A stretch of DNA of 64,000 nucleotides from an uncultured Flavobacterium sp. (GCA_964292845.1 CAXYWC010000003.1:8734-72733), one strand, 5' to 3'; counted from the stretch's first letter, positions 32,585 through 42,920 are shown. Made by a program: numbers and translations. The notes: generated from the sequence alone by a model not told the origin.

Positions 32585-33353
32585 AAAAACCCAACAACAT
32601 TTTTTCTAATTCCTCCCGATTTTCAATATGACTCATGTGACCGTCAGGGAAAGAAATCAATTGCACATTGGTGTCTTCAATTTGTTTGATGTTGTCATAG
32701 TAATTCAGAACACCGTCTTTTTTGCCAAGAATAAGCAGTTTTGGATAAGCCGTAAGATATAGTAGGTGTTCTTTGTTTTTTCTGAGTTTCATACCTTCCT
32801 GTGCTGCAATATAACCTTGCAAAGGCGTTTTCAAGGCTTCTTTTTTTACTTGCTCAATTTCTAAGATAAAATTCTCCCGATTGTCGATACTAAACAAATT
32901 TGCGATAGAGATTTGCACCAAAGAAGCATATTCTTTATGAGCCATTTTTATAGCCCGATTCCTGTTTATTTTGCGCTCATGGTCATCGGCATAAGTAGTC
33001 GAGTTTAATAGAACAAATCCTTTTGTGTTTTCTGGATATAATTCGGCGAAAGCCAAAGCGACATAACCACCCATGGAGTGTCCTACAAAAATAGCTTTTC
33101 TAATTTTTAAATGGTGTAAAACAGCATGAACCATGTCGGCTTGGTCCTCCATGGTGTGTACATAACCCAAACATTCCGAATTGCCATGACCTAATAAATC
33201 GATAGTGATAACACGGTATTTCTCAGAAAATGATGCCTTATAGGAATTCCACATGGTTGCGTTTTCTAAAAAACCATGAAGTAAAACAATAGCGGTTCCT
33301 TTTCCAACATCGGAATAAGAGATTTTTGTGTTTTTGTAGCGTAAATTATTCAT
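32571..33353 (-). CDS. Alpha/beta fold hydrolase
   Basis: LLHGFLEN, IDLLGHG, GHSMGG nucleophile elbow, C-terminal GHMSH. Confidence 0.9.
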   Translation of the reverse strand: MNNLRYKNTKISYSDVGKGTAIVLLHGFLENATMWNSYKASFSEKYRVITIDLLGHGNSECLGYVHTMEDQADMVHAVLHHLKIRKAIFVGHSMGGYVALAFAELYPENTKGFVLLNSTTYADDHERKINRNRAIKMAHKEYASLVQISIANLFSIDNRENFILEIEQVKKEALKTPLQGYIAAQEGMKLRKNKEHLLYLTAYPKLLILGKKDGVLNYYDNIKQIEDTNVQLISFPDGHMSHIENREELEKMLLGFFKSC

Positions 33354-33465
33354 GACTGCAAAAGTAAATTTTAAGTTCTAATACACGCATTATTTGATAC
33401 GCTTTTCTTATGCAAAACAGGAGAAATCTAACAATAAAAGCAAGTTGCAATAAAAATTTTCACAT

Positions 33466-33496
33466 AAAAAACGGTTTCCGTTGTGGAAACCGTTTT
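33466..33496 (-). terminator. Terminator downstream of the TIGR00266 gene
   Basis: AAAACGGTTTCC-GTTGT-GGAAACCGTTTT inverted repeat. Confidence 0.75.
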
Positions 33497-33517
33497 ACCT
33501 ATTTATTTTGAAAGAAA

Positions 33518-34303
33518 TTAACTTAGTAACCTTCCTATTCCGCCTAAAACACTGCCTTCTTCGTTGCTACTTCCTCCAGCTCTTGGTGCTGATGCGATAA
33601 TTTTATCGGCTAATCGGCTAAAAGGAAGCGATTGTACATATACCGTTCCTGGCCCACGAAGTGTAGCGTAAAAAAGGCCTTCGCCACCAAATAACGAATT
33701 TTTGATACCTCCAATAAATTCGATATCATAATCTACATCTTTGGTGAAACCTACAATACAACCGGTATCTACCTTAAGAACATCGCCAGCAGCCAATTCT
33801 CTTTTAGCTAATGTTCCGCCAGAATGTACAAATGCCATACCGTCTCCTTCAATTTTTTGCATAATAAATCCTTCTCCGCCAAAAAGACCTCGGCCTAGTT
33901 TTTTAGAAAATTCTATTCCCACCGCAACACCTTTGGCTGCACAAAGAAAAGAATCCTTTTGGCAAATAAATTTTTCGCCAAACTGCGTTAAATCGATAGG
34001 GATTATTTTTCCAGGATAAGGAGCTGCAAAAGAAACTTTGCTCTTGGTGTTATTTTGGTTCAAAAAAGCTGTCATAAACAAACTTTCGCCTGTAAGCACT
34101 CTTTTTCCAGCACTTACGAGTTTTCCAAAAAGCCCTGATTGTTGCCCTGAACCGTCTCCAAAAATGGTTTCCATTTGTATATTGTTATCCATCATCATAA
34201 AACTACCTGCTTCGGCAATTACAATTTCTTGCGGATCCAATTCTATTTCTACATATTGCATTTCTTCACCGAATATCTGATAATCTATTTCATGTGCTTG
34301 CAT
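33518..34303 (-). CDS. TIGR00266 / AIM24 family protein
   Basis: EIVIAEAGSFMMM, RVLTGESLF, ICQKDSFLCAA, FGGEGFIMQK, FGGEGLF, GPGTVYVQSLP. Confidence 0.88.
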   Translation of the reverse strand: MQAHEIDYQIFGEEMQYVEIELDPQEIVIAEAGSFMMMDNNIQMETIFGDGSGQQSGLFGKLVSAGKRVLTGESLFMTAFLNQNNTKSKVSFAAPYPGKIIPIDLTQFGEKFICQKDSFLCAAKGVAVGIEFSKKLGRGLFGGEGFIMQKIEGDGMAFVHSGGTLAKRELAAGDVLKVDTGCIVGFTKDVDYDIEFIGGIKNSLFGGEGLFYATLRGPGTVYVQSLPFSRLADKIIASAPRAGGSSNEEGSVLGGIGRLLS

Positions 34304-34388
34304 TTCCTTATTATTTTAAAGTTTAATAATAAGTCGTGTACAAATTTAAAATGTTACAGGTTCAGTATCGAAAATCAAAAAATGCAAA

Positions 34389-35660
34389 CTAGTTTATACT
34401 ACTAAAGCCCGTATATTTTTGCAACACTTCTGGAATTACAATACCTTCTGGAGTTTGATAGTTTTCTAAAATTCCGGCTAAAACTCTTGGTAAGGCCAAT
34501 GAACTTCCATTTAAAGTATGGGCTAATTGATTTTTTCCGTCTTTGTCTTTAAAACGTAATTTCAAACGATTTGCCTGAAAAGTCTCAAAATTAGATACTG
34601 ATGAAATTTCTAACCAACGTTCTTGTGCGGTAGAATAAACTTCAAAATCATACGTCAAGGCGGAAGTAAATCCCATATCGCCACCGCAAAGGCGCAAAAT
34701 TCTAAACGGTAGTTTTAGTTCTTGCAAAATAGTTTTTACGTGTTCAACCATTCCTTCTAAGGCTTCATACGATTTATCAGGGTGTTCGATACGCACAATT
34801 TCTACTTTGTCAAACTGATGCAAACGATTCAAACCACGAACATGAGCTCCCCATGATCCTGCTTCACGACGAAAACATGGCGTGTAGCCTGTACACAAAA
34901 CCGGCAATTCGTTTTCGTTTAGAATAACATCTCTAAAAATATTGGTAACAGGAACTTCTGCTGTCGGAATTAAGTACAAATTATCTTTCGCATCGTGGTA
35001 CATTTGCCCTTCTTTGTCAGGCAATTGTCCTGTTCCGTAAGCCGAAGCTTCGTTAACCATGTGTGGCACTTGGTATTCTTGATAGCCTGCATCGGTGTTT
35101 TTATCTAAAAAATACGAAATAAGAGCACGTTGCAATTTGGCGCCTTTCCCCTTATATACTGGAAATCCAGGTGCTGTAATTTTTGTTCCTAATTCAAAAT
35201 CGACAATGTCGTATTTTTTGATTAATTCCCAGTGGGGTTGCGCACCTTCGTGCAGAACTGGGATATCTCCTTCTTGGTAAATGTTTAGGTTTTCTTCTGG
35301 CGTTTTCCCTTCTGGAACAATGTCCGCTGGAAGATTGGGTAAGGTATACAATTTGTCTGCTAATTCCTTGGCCAAAGTTTCTGTTTGTTCTTTGAGCAAC
35401 ACACTTTTTTCTTTCAATAAAACAGTTTGTTCTTTGAGCAAATTGGCTTGTTCTTTTTCACCACTTTTCATCAAATCGCCAATAGTTCCCGATAATTTAT
35501 TAGCTTCAGATAAGGTATTGTCTAATTCTACTTGTGTTGCTCGGCGTTTTTCGTCTAGCTGCACCACTTCTTGAACAATAGTCGTAGCATCCATATTTCT
35601 TTTTGCCAAAGCTTTGATTACTTTTTCCTGATTTTCTCTAATAAATGTGACTTGTAACAT
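34389..35660 (-). CDS. serS: Serine--tRNA ligase
   Basis: N-terminal coiled-coil arm, LIPTAEVP, CFRREAGS..RGLNRLHQFDKVE, EISSVSN, HTLNGSSLALPR. Confidence 0.98.
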   Translation of the reverse strand: MLQVTFIRENQEKVIKALAKRNMDATTIVQEVVQLDEKRRATQVELDNTLSEANKLSGTIGDLMKSGEKEQANLLKEQTVLLKEKSVLLKEQTETLAKELADKLYTLPNLPADIVPEGKTPEENLNIYQEGDIPVLHEGAQPHWELIKKYDIVDFELGTKITAPGFPVYKGKGAKLQRALISYFLDKNTDAGYQEYQVPHMVNEASAYGTGQLPDKEGQMYHDAKDNLYLIPTAEVPVTNIFRDVILNENELPVLCTGYTPCFRREAGSWGAHVRGLNRLHQFDKVEIVRIEHPDKSYEALEGMVEHVKTILQELKLPFRILRLCGGDMGFTSALTYDFEVYSTAQERWLEISSVSNFETFQANRLKLRFKDKDGKNQLAHTLNGSSLALPRVLAGILENYQTPEGIVIPEVLQKYTGFSSIN

Positions 35661-35704
35661 AACTTGATTGTTTTAAAATGATTGCCTTCATTAAAATTTG
35701 AACA

Positions 35705-35820
35705 ACATAGAAACATATAAAAAAGAGATTTTATAGAAAATTCTCTTACACATAGCTATATTCTCTATATAAAAGCAAAGCTTCATTTAATTATAGCAAA
35801 AACTATGTTTCTATGTGGTT
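35705..35820. repeat. REP-like inverted-repeat element
   Basis: Perfect 13-bp inverted repeat ACATAGAAACATA (35705-35717) / TATGTTTCTATGT (35804-35816), ending in GTGGTT. Confidence 0.6.
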
Positions 35821-35910
35821 AATATTTTTAATGAGAATGCAAATTTAGTAATATTTCCTAAAGAATTTGATATTGTACAACATAGTTTAAGTAAGATTGC
35901 AGTTGGGTAA

Positions 35911-35930
35911 TTTTTAGACTAATCTAAAAA
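35911..35930. promoter_or_regulatory. Candidate MntR/DtxR operator upstream of mntH
   Basis: Palindrome TTTTTAGA-CTAA-TCTAAAAA, 28 nt upstream of the -7 element TATATTTG (35959-35966). The cognate regulator gene follows mntH. Confidence 0.6.
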
Positions 35931-35988
35931 AATAATTACTCTAATAAAATAATTTGTTTATATTTGTGGTTTAAAATTGTTTTTACAA

Positions 35989-37857
35989 ATGGAAAAATCA
36001 CTTGGCGAAGTCAATCAATCGGTGGCAACCGAGAATAAAACCAGCGTATTTAGAAAAATATTAGCCTTTTTTGGCCCTGCCTACCTTATTAGTGTAGGTT
36101 ATATGGATCCAGGCAATTGGGCAACCGATATTGCGGGTGGAAGCCAGTTTGGGTATTCTTTGCTTTGGGTTTTGCTCATGAGTAATTTGATGGCATTGCT
36201 CTTGCAAAGTTTGAGTGCTCGATTAGGGATTGTCACGCAAAGAGATTTAGCTCAAGCTTCACGAGAAACTTACTCTCCCTTTATTAACTATATTTTGTAT
36301 TTTTTGGCCGAAATTGCTATTGCCGCTTGTGATCTTGCCGAGGTTTTAGGAATGGCAATAGGAATTAATTTATTGTTTGACATTCCGCTAATGCAAGGTG
36401 TACTAATTACTGTTTTAGATACCTTTTTGCTACTTTTCCTCATCAATAAAGGCATTCGAAAAATGGAAGCTTTTGTTATTGCGTTAGTGGCTATTATCGG
36501 AATTTCTTTTGTCTTCGAAATGATTTTTGCACAACCCGAAATGGGAAAAGTTATCTATGGATTAATTCCTTCTATGCCCAATTCAGACGCACTGTATATT
36601 GCTATTGGAATTATTGGCGCCACGGTTATGCCACATAATTTGTATTTGCATTCGTCGTTAGTACAAACTAGAAAATTTGACCGAAGCAAAACAGGAATCA
36701 AACAAGCCTTAAAATACAATTTGATTGATAGCACTATTGCGCTCAATTTAGCCTTTTTTGTCAATGCCGCAATTCTTATTTTGGCGGCAGCTACATTCTA
36801 CCAAAACGGAATGTTTCAAGTTGCCGAGATACAAGATGCACACCGACTCATGGAACCTCTTTTGGGAAAATGGGCGCCCATATTATTTGCAATTGCATTA
36901 ATTGCAGCGGGACAAAGCTCAACTATTACAGGAACATTAGCAGGACAAATTATCATGGAAGGCTACCTGAATTTACGCATACAACCTTGGGTGCGCCGCA
37001 TCATTACAAGGCTTGTTGCCATAGTTCCTGCGGTAATTGTAATTTCTGTTTTTGGCGAAAGCGTGACGGGAAAACTGCTCATTTTAAGCCAAGTTATTTT
37101 GAGTTTACAATTGGGTTTTGCCATAATTCCGCTTATTCATTTTGTTTCCGATACAGAAAAAATGAAAGGTTTTGCCATTAGCAAACCCATCCAAATTCTT
37201 TCTTGGACAGTTGCTTTGCTTATAGTATCGCTTAATGTGAAATTAGTTTTTGATGAAATTTCGAGTTGGTTAGAAACCTCTGAACACGCTACAATATTAT
37301 GGTTTACGGTAGTTCCGCTCGCTGTTGGTTTTTTAATTTTATTACTGTATATCATTGTAAAGCCGTTTGCAACCAAAGCAAAACAGGCTATTCAAAATCA
37401 TTCGCCACATCTTTTACAATTGCGTTTTTCTGCATCCGAAAGGTATTCTATCAAAAATATTGCAATTACTGTCGATTTTTCGAATGCCGATGAAATTGCT
37501 CTCAACCATGCTTTCGAATTGGGTGGCATGGAAGCCAATTACACCTTAATTCACATTGTAGAAACTATTGGCGCCATGCTCTATGGCAAAAATGTAGATG
37601 ACCATGAGACAACAATCGATGAAAAATTATTACAGCAATACAAAGAAATGCTAACCGAAAAAGGGTTCAAAATTGAAACTAAATTAGGGTTTGGAAAACC
37701 CGACAAAGCCATTCCAATAATTATAAATAATGCGAATTTTGATGTTTTAGTCATGGGAACACATGGCCATACAGGATTCAAAGATTTACTTTTTGGAACA
37801 ACCGTCGATAAATTGCGACACAAAATTTCAATACCTTTATTTATAGTTAAAAAATAA
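35989..37857 (+). CDS. mntH: Nramp family Mn2+ transporter with C-terminal universal stress protein domain
   Basis: GYMDPGNWATD and GATVMPHNLYLHS Nramp motifs. C-terminal NIAITVDFS...LVMGTHGHTGFKDLLFGTTVDKL USP motif. ATG 35989 preferred. Confidence 0.93.
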   Translation: MEKSLGEVNQSVATENKTSVFRKILAFFGPAYLISVGYMDPGNWATDIAGGSQFGYSLLWVLLMSNLMALLLQSLSARLGIVTQRDLAQASRETYSPFINYILYFLAEIAIAACDLAEVLGMAIGINLLFDIPLMQGVLITVLDTFLLLFLINKGIRKMEAFVIALVAIIGISFVFEMIFAQPEMGKVIYGLIPSMPNSDALYIAIGIIGATVMPHNLYLHSSLVQTRKFDRSKTGIKQALKYNLIDSTIALNLAFFVNAAILILAAATFYQNGMFQVAEIQDAHRLMEPLLGKWAPILFAIALIAAGQSSTITGTLAGQIIMEGYLNLRIQPWVRRIITRLVAIVPAVIVISVFGESVTGKLLILSQVILSLQLGFAIIPLIHFVSDTEKMKGFAISKPIQILSWTVALLIVSLNVKLVFDEISSWLETSEHATILWFTVVPLAVGFLILLLYIIVKPFATKAKQAIQNHSPHLLQLRFSASERYSIKNIAITVDFSNADEIALNHAFELGGMEANYTLIHIVETIGAMLYGKNVDDHETTIDEKLLQQYKEMLTEKGFKIETKLGFGKPDKAIPIIINNANFDVLVMGTHGHTGFKDLLFGTTVDKLRHKISIPLFIVKK

Positions 37858-37862
37858 AGTGT

Positions 37863-37980
37863 AACCAAAAAGCACACAAAATAAATCACAAAGTACACGA
37901 AGAAAAAATAAAAGAACACAAGAAATTAGGTTTTACTTTGTGACCTTTGTGGAAAACGTAGTGACCTTTGTCTTTAAAAA
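37863..37980. repeat. REP-like inverted-repeat element between mntH and mntR
   Basis: Perfect inverted repeat TCACAAAGTA (37886-37895) / TACTTTGTGA (37934-37943), with tandem CTTTGTG copies. Confidence 0.6.
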
Positions 37981-37992
37981 TAAAAAAATGAT

Positions 37993-38646
37993 ATGACTTT
38001 TTCAGAAGAAAATTATCTAAAAACAATTTACCATCTCACAACAATTTTAGATTCAGAAGTAAGCACGAATGCTATTGCCGAAAAGATGGAAACCAAAGCG
38101 TCTTCAGTAACCGATATGCTAAAAAAATTGGCTGATAAAAATTTAGTCAATTATAAAAAATACCAGGGCGTTTCGTTAACTAATTCAGGTAAATTATCAG
38201 CAAAAATGATTGTACGAAAACACCGTTTGTGGGAGGTTTTTTTAGTTGAAAAATTGGCCTTTTCTTGGGACGAAGTACACGATATTGCAGAACAATTAGA
38301 ACATATAAAATCGGAAAAACTCATTGCTAAATTAGATGATTTTCTAGGCAATCCTACCGAAGATCCTCATGGCGACCCAATTCCAAATGCAGATGGTCAA
38401 ATTGTTTCGGTAGAAAAACAATTGCTTTCGGAGTTGCAAGTGGGTCAGTCTGGAATTTGTGTTGGGGTAAAAGATACTTCGTCAGAATTTTTAAAATATT
38501 TGGATAAACAAGAAATAGCGTTGGGCGCTAAAATCGAAATCCTGTCGAAAGAAATATTCGATTTGTCATTAAAAATAAAAGTGGACATAAAAGAACTGAC
38601 GATTTCAAACAAAATTGCCAGCAATCTTTTTATAAAAACAATATGA
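37993..38646 (+). CDS. mntR: DtxR/MntR family metal-dependent regulator with C-terminal FeoA/SH3 domain
   Basis: SEENYLKTIY, SSVTDMLKKL HTH, RKHRLWEVFL, EQLEH, DPHGDPIP. Confidence 0.93.
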   Translation: MTFSEENYLKTIYHLTTILDSEVSTNAIAEKMETKASSVTDMLKKLADKNLVNYKKYQGVSLTNSGKLSAKMIVRKHRLWEVFLVEKLAFSWDEVHDIAEQLEHIKSEKLIAKLDDFLGNPTEDPHGDPIPNADGQIVSVEKQLLSELQVGQSGICVGVKDTSSEFLKYLDKQEIALGAKIEILSKEIFDLSLKIKVDIKELTISNKIASNLFIKTI

Positions 38647-38686
38647 GAAAAGGCATTATATTTGATGCTTTATTAATAAAATTGAA

Positions 38687-39085
38687 ATGAAAAATAGCTT
38701 TTTGCTCCTTTTTCTATTGTTTAGTTTTTCTGTTTTTGCACAAGAATCACTACAAAAACAAATAAAAATTACTCAAAAAAAATCCCTTGTTAGAAAAGGA
38801 TATTCTTTCCAACTGAAAGAAGTAACCTCAGATTCACGTTGCCCTCAAGGTACCCAATGTATTTGGGCTGGCGAAGTACAAACGGTTATCTTAGTTTATA
38901 AAGACAAAAAAAAGGTCGAAGAAACAAAACTTACAATTTCACCAAACAATAACGACGAGGCAATTGCTTTTTTCAAAAAATATTATCCTAAAAAAAACAG
39001 TAAGTCTGTTACCATTTTTCCTTTTCCTATAAAAGATAAAAAAACAAATCCTTCAGCATATTACTTAGAGATTACTTTTGAGTAA
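38687..39085 (+). CDS. Hypothetical exported protein with DSRCP-x4-CxWAG motif
   Basis: Signal peptide ..VFA-Q. Motif SDSRCPQGTQCIWAGEV. Confidence 0.7.
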   Translation: MKNSFLLLFLLFSFSVFAQESLQKQIKITQKKSLVRKGYSFQLKEVTSDSRCPQGTQCIWAGEVQTVILVYKDKKKVEETKLTISPNNNDEAIAFFKKYYPKKNSKSVTIFPFPIKDKKTNPSAYYLEITFE

Positions 39086-39245
39086 AATAGTATTCTTTTT
39101 ATAGCAATATGAAAAGGGTAAAACATCTCTTTCTTTGTTTAGAAATCTATTTTATCCCATAAAATAAGGCGTTTTTTTATTATTACTATCCAACTCACGA
39201 TTAAACAAAAAGTTATAACTTTGCAAAAAATTAAATTGAAAAATA

Positions 39246-40799
39246 ATGTCAACAATAGCACAACAATTCGGCATGACCGAAGCATTAGCACAGTTAGGTG
39301 TAAAAGCCATAAACGAAGGAACTTCGACAGGAAGTGAATGGTTTTCAAATGGTGAACTATTAGAAAGTTATTCGCCTGTAGATGGGCAATTAATAGGAAA
39401 AGTAAAAGCTACTACTGCTGCAGATTACGAAAGAGCAATGCAAAGCGCAACAGAAGCATTTAAAAGCTTTAGAGCTATGCCTGCGCCACAAAGAGGAGAA
39501 ATTGTTCGCCAGTTTGGAAATAAATTAAGAGAATTAAAAGAGCCACTTGGTAAGTTAGTTTCTTACGAAATGGGTAAATCGCTGCAAGAAGGTTATGGTG
39601 AAGTTCAAGAAATGATTGATATCTGTGATTTTGCAGTGGGTCTTTCTCGTCAATTGAACGGACAAACTATTCCTTCAGAGCGTCCAAGTCACGTCATGAG
39701 AGAACAATGGCATTCTATTGGTGTTGTTGGAATTATTTCAGCATTTAATTTTCCTGTTGCCGTTTGGGCTTGGAATACCGCTTTAGCTTGGATTTGTGGC
39801 GATGTATGTGTTTGGAAAGCTTCAGAAAAAGCACCATTATGCTCTGTTGCTTGTCAAAATATCATTGCCGATATATTAAAAGCAAATAATTTACCAGAAG
39901 GTATATCCTGTATTATAAATGGCGATTACAAAGTAGGTGAAATGATGACTACTGATGTGAGAATTCCATTAATATCTGCAACAGGTTCCACTCGTATGGG
40001 AAGAATTGTGGGTTCAACAGTAGCACAACGTTTTGGTAAATCGTTACTAGAATTAGGAGGAAATAATGCTATTATTATTACACCAACTGCCGATTTAAAA
40101 GTAGTTGTTCCAGGAGCTGTATTTGGAGCTGTGGGAACTGCAGGACAAAGATGTACTTCTACAAGAAGATTAATTATTCATGAATCTGTTTATGATAAAG
40201 TAAGAGATGCTATTGTTGGTGCATATGGGCAATTAACTATTGGTAATCCTTTGGATCAAAAAAATCATATTGGCCCATTAATCGACAAAGAATCGGTAAA
40301 TACTTATTTAGCTGCTATTGAATCTGCAAAAGCAGAAGGTGGAAAAGTATTAGTTGAAGGTGGAGTTCTAGAAGGTATAGGTTACGAATCTGGATGTTAT
40401 GTAAAACCAGCCATTATTGAAGCTGAAAACACTTATAAAATTGTACAACACGAAACTTTTGCTCCTATTTTATATTTAATGAAATATAGTGGCGAAGTTG
40501 AAAATGCAATCGAATTGCAAAACGGAGTTGCTCAAGGATTATCTTCGGCAATTATGACCAATAGCTTGAAAGAAGCGGAAAAATTCTTGTCTTTTTCAGG
40601 TTCAGATTGTGGTATCGCTAATGTAAACATCGGAACTTCTGGTGCCGAAATTGGTGGTGCTTTTGGTGGAGAAAAAGAAACTGGTGGAGGACGTGAGTCT
40701 GGTTCAGATGCTTGGAAAGTATATATGAGAAGACAAACAAACACTATTAACTATTCGGATGAATTGCCTTTAGCACAAGGAATTAAATTTGATTTGTAA
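39246..40799 (+). CDS. pcd: Aldehyde dehydrogenase family 7 (L-piperideine-6-carboxylate / alpha-aminoadipate semialdehyde dehydrogenase-like)
   Basis: EGYGEVQEMIDICDFAVGLSRQL, SAFNFPVAV, LELGGNN, TAGQRCT, NIGTSGAEIGGAFGGEKETGGGRESGSD (ALDH7 signature). Confidence 0.85.
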   Translation: MSTIAQQFGMTEALAQLGVKAINEGTSTGSEWFSNGELLESYSPVDGQLIGKVKATTAADYERAMQSATEAFKSFRAMPAPQRGEIVRQFGNKLRELKEPLGKLVSYEMGKSLQEGYGEVQEMIDICDFAVGLSRQLNGQTIPSERPSHVMREQWHSIGVVGIISAFNFPVAVWAWNTALAWICGDVCVWKASEKAPLCSVACQNIIADILKANNLPEGISCIINGDYKVGEMMTTDVRIPLISATGSTRMGRIVGSTVAQRFGKSLLELGGNNAIIITPTADLKVVVPGAVFGAVGTAGQRCTSTRRLIIHESVYDKVRDAIVGAYGQLTIGNPLDQKNHIGPLIDKESVNTYLAAIESAKAEGGKVLVEGGVLEGIGYESGCYVKPAIIEAENTYKIVQHETFAPILYLMKYSGEVENAIELQNGVAQGLSSAIMTNSLKEAEKFLSFSGSDCGIANVNIGTSGAEIGGAFGGEKETGGGRESGSDAWKVYMRRQTNTINYSDELPLAQGIKFDL

Positions 40800-40816
40800 A
40801 ATTTAATTTATTAGAT

Positions 40817-40853
40817 AAAAAAATAGCGAGCCTTAAAAGCTCGCTATTTTTTT
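40817..40853. terminator. Bidirectional terminator between the ALDH and M13 peptidase genes
   Basis: AAAAAAATAGCGAGC-CTTAAAA-GCTCGCTATTTTTTT. Confidence 0.85.
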
Positions 40854-40862
40854 GCTCCATTA

Positions 40863-42920
40863 TTACCAGATCTTCACACGATTCTCTGGTTTAACATATA
40901 GTTTATCTCCTTCTTTTATATCAAATGCTTCATAAAAAGTATCAAGATTTGTAAGTGGTACATAAGCTCTATACATCCCTGGTGAATGCGGATCGGTTTT
41001 CACTTGATTTTTAATTGCTTCATCTCTCATTTTCGATCTCCAAATGGTTGCCCAAGAGATAAACAATCTTTGCTCTGGTGTATAACCATCTATAAGCCCT
41101 GGATTTCCATTTTGTTTTAAATACAATTGAAGACCATCATAAGCCGCATTTATTCCACCTAAATCGCCAATATTTTCACCCAATGTAAATTTACCATCTA
41201 CATGTGTTCCAGGTAAAGGTTCTAAGGCACTATATTCGTCTGCTAATGCACCTCCAAGGCCTGTAAATTGTTTTAAATCGTCTTCTGTCCACCAGTCAAC
41301 TAAGTTTCCATCTGCATTATATCTTGCGCCAGAATCGTCAAATCCGTGAGAGATTTCGTGTCCTATTACAGCTCCTATTCCACCATAATTTACAGCTTCA
41401 TCAGCTTTATAATCATAAAAAGGTGGTTGTAAAATAGCTGCTGGGAAAACGATCTCATTATAGGCAGGATTGTAATATGCATTTACTGTTTGTGGCGACA
41501 TTCCCCATGTTGTTTTATCAACAGGTTTTTTTAAGTCAGCAATGTTTTCATCAAAATTCCAACGAGAAACATTTTTTATATTTTCATAATAAGTTCCGCC
41601 CTCTGATATTGGTTTTACATTTAATTTAGAATAATCCTTCCATTTGTCTGGATAACCAATTTTGATGGTTACTTTGTGGAGTTTTTCGACAGCTTTAATT
41701 TTGGTTTCGGCAGACATCCAAGTCAAATTATTTATTCTGTTTTCGTATGCTAGAATAACATTGTCAATCATTGCTTTAGCCTTAGCTTTAGCTTCTGCTG
41801 GAAATTTTTTCTCTACATATAATTTACCTAATGCTTCACCAACAGTCCCGTTTACAACTTGTAACGCTCTTTCGTTTCTAGGGCGTTGTTTTTTTGCACC
41901 TTGTAAAGTTTTGCTATAAAATTCCCAATTTGCTTTTTCTATTTCATCAGATAAAAGTCCTGTCGATTTTCTTAATAAAGTCCAACTCATGTAAGCTTTT
42001 AGATCTTCTATTTTGGAGTCTTTAAAAATAGTTTCTAATGCAGTAACATATTTTGGTTGAGATACAACAATCGATTCTAAATTAGTTAAACCAACTCCAT
42101 CTAAATATTTTTTCCAATTTATAGAAGGTGTTAGTTTTTGTAATTCTACAACAGTCATTGGGTTGTACGTTTTTCTATCATCACGAAGTTCAACTCTGTC
42201 AAATCTTGGTTTTGACATAGCTATCTCTAAGGCTAATATTTTATCTGCATCTAATTTAGCTTGAGCTGGATTAGTACCTAAGAATTGTAGCATTCTTGTA
42301 ACGTGTTGAACGTATTTTTCACGTTTTTCTTTAGAATCTTTGTCGTCAGCAACATAATATTCTCTATCTGGCAAACCTAAGCTTCCAAGCCCAAGATATA
42401 CCACATTTTTATTACTATCTTTCGCATCAGCACCAACACCAATTCCGTAAAATCCAATTCCACCAATAGGCTCCATTTCGATAAGTAAATTGTTTACATC
42501 TTGGGCTGTTTTGATCGCATTAATCTTTGCTAAATAAGGTTTTATTGGTTTTATTCCCAATTTATTTCTTGAAATAGTATCCATGTAAGTTTGATAAACA
42601 CTTACTGATTTTGCTTGATCTGATTTTGGGTTTAGTTTTTTGTCTGCAGCTGCTTCTTTCAAAATAGCTAAAGCATCTTTGTCGGTATTCTGACGCAATT
42701 CATCAAAACTTCCCCAACGTGTTTTGTCGGCTGGAATTTCTGTTTTGTCATACCAAGTCCCATTTACAAAACGGAAAAAATCATTTCCTGGTTTTACATT
42801 TTTATCCATCAAATCTAAATTGATTCCTGGATTTTTGGGCTTGCTTTCTTGTGCGTTACTAGTCAAGCTAATTAGTGAAAAAACCGCTAATGAACCAGCG
42901 GTTATAAAAGTTTTTTTCAT
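40863..42920 (-). CDS. pepO: M13 (neprilysin/PepO) family metallopeptidase, exported
   Basis: Signal peptide ..SNA-Q, VNAYY, GHEISHGFD zinc motif, GENIGD, DPHSP. Confidence 0.93.
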   Translation of the reverse strand: MKKTFITAGSLAVFSLISLTSNAQESKPKNPGINLDLMDKNVKPGNDFFRFVNGTWYDKTEIPADKTRWGSFDELRQNTDKDALAILKEAAADKKLNPKSDQAKSVSVYQTYMDTISRNKLGIKPIKPYLAKINAIKTAQDVNNLLIEMEPIGGIGFYGIGVGADAKDSNKNVVYLGLGSLGLPDREYYVADDKDSKEKREKYVQHVTRMLQFLGTNPAQAKLDADKILALEIAMSKPRFDRVELRDDRKTYNPMTVVELQKLTPSINWKKYLDGVGLTNLESIVVSQPKYVTALETIFKDSKIEDLKAYMSWTLLRKSTGLLSDEIEKANWEFYSKTLQGAKKQRPRNERALQVVNGTVGEALGKLYVEKKFPAEAKAKAKAMIDNVILAYENRINNLTWMSAETKIKAVEKLHKVTIKIGYPDKWKDYSKLNVKPISEGGTYYENIKNVSRWNFDENIADLKKPVDKTTWGMSPQTVNAYYNPAYNEIVFPAAILQPPFYDYKADEAVNYGGIGAVIGHEISHGFDDSGARYNADGNLVDWWTEDDLKQFTGLGGALADEYSALEPLPGTHVDGKFTLGENIGDLGGINAAYDGLQLYLKQNGNPGLIDGYTPEQRLFISWATIWRSKMRDEAIKNQVKTDPHSPGMYRAYVPLTNLDTFYEAFDIKEGDKLYVKPENRVKIW

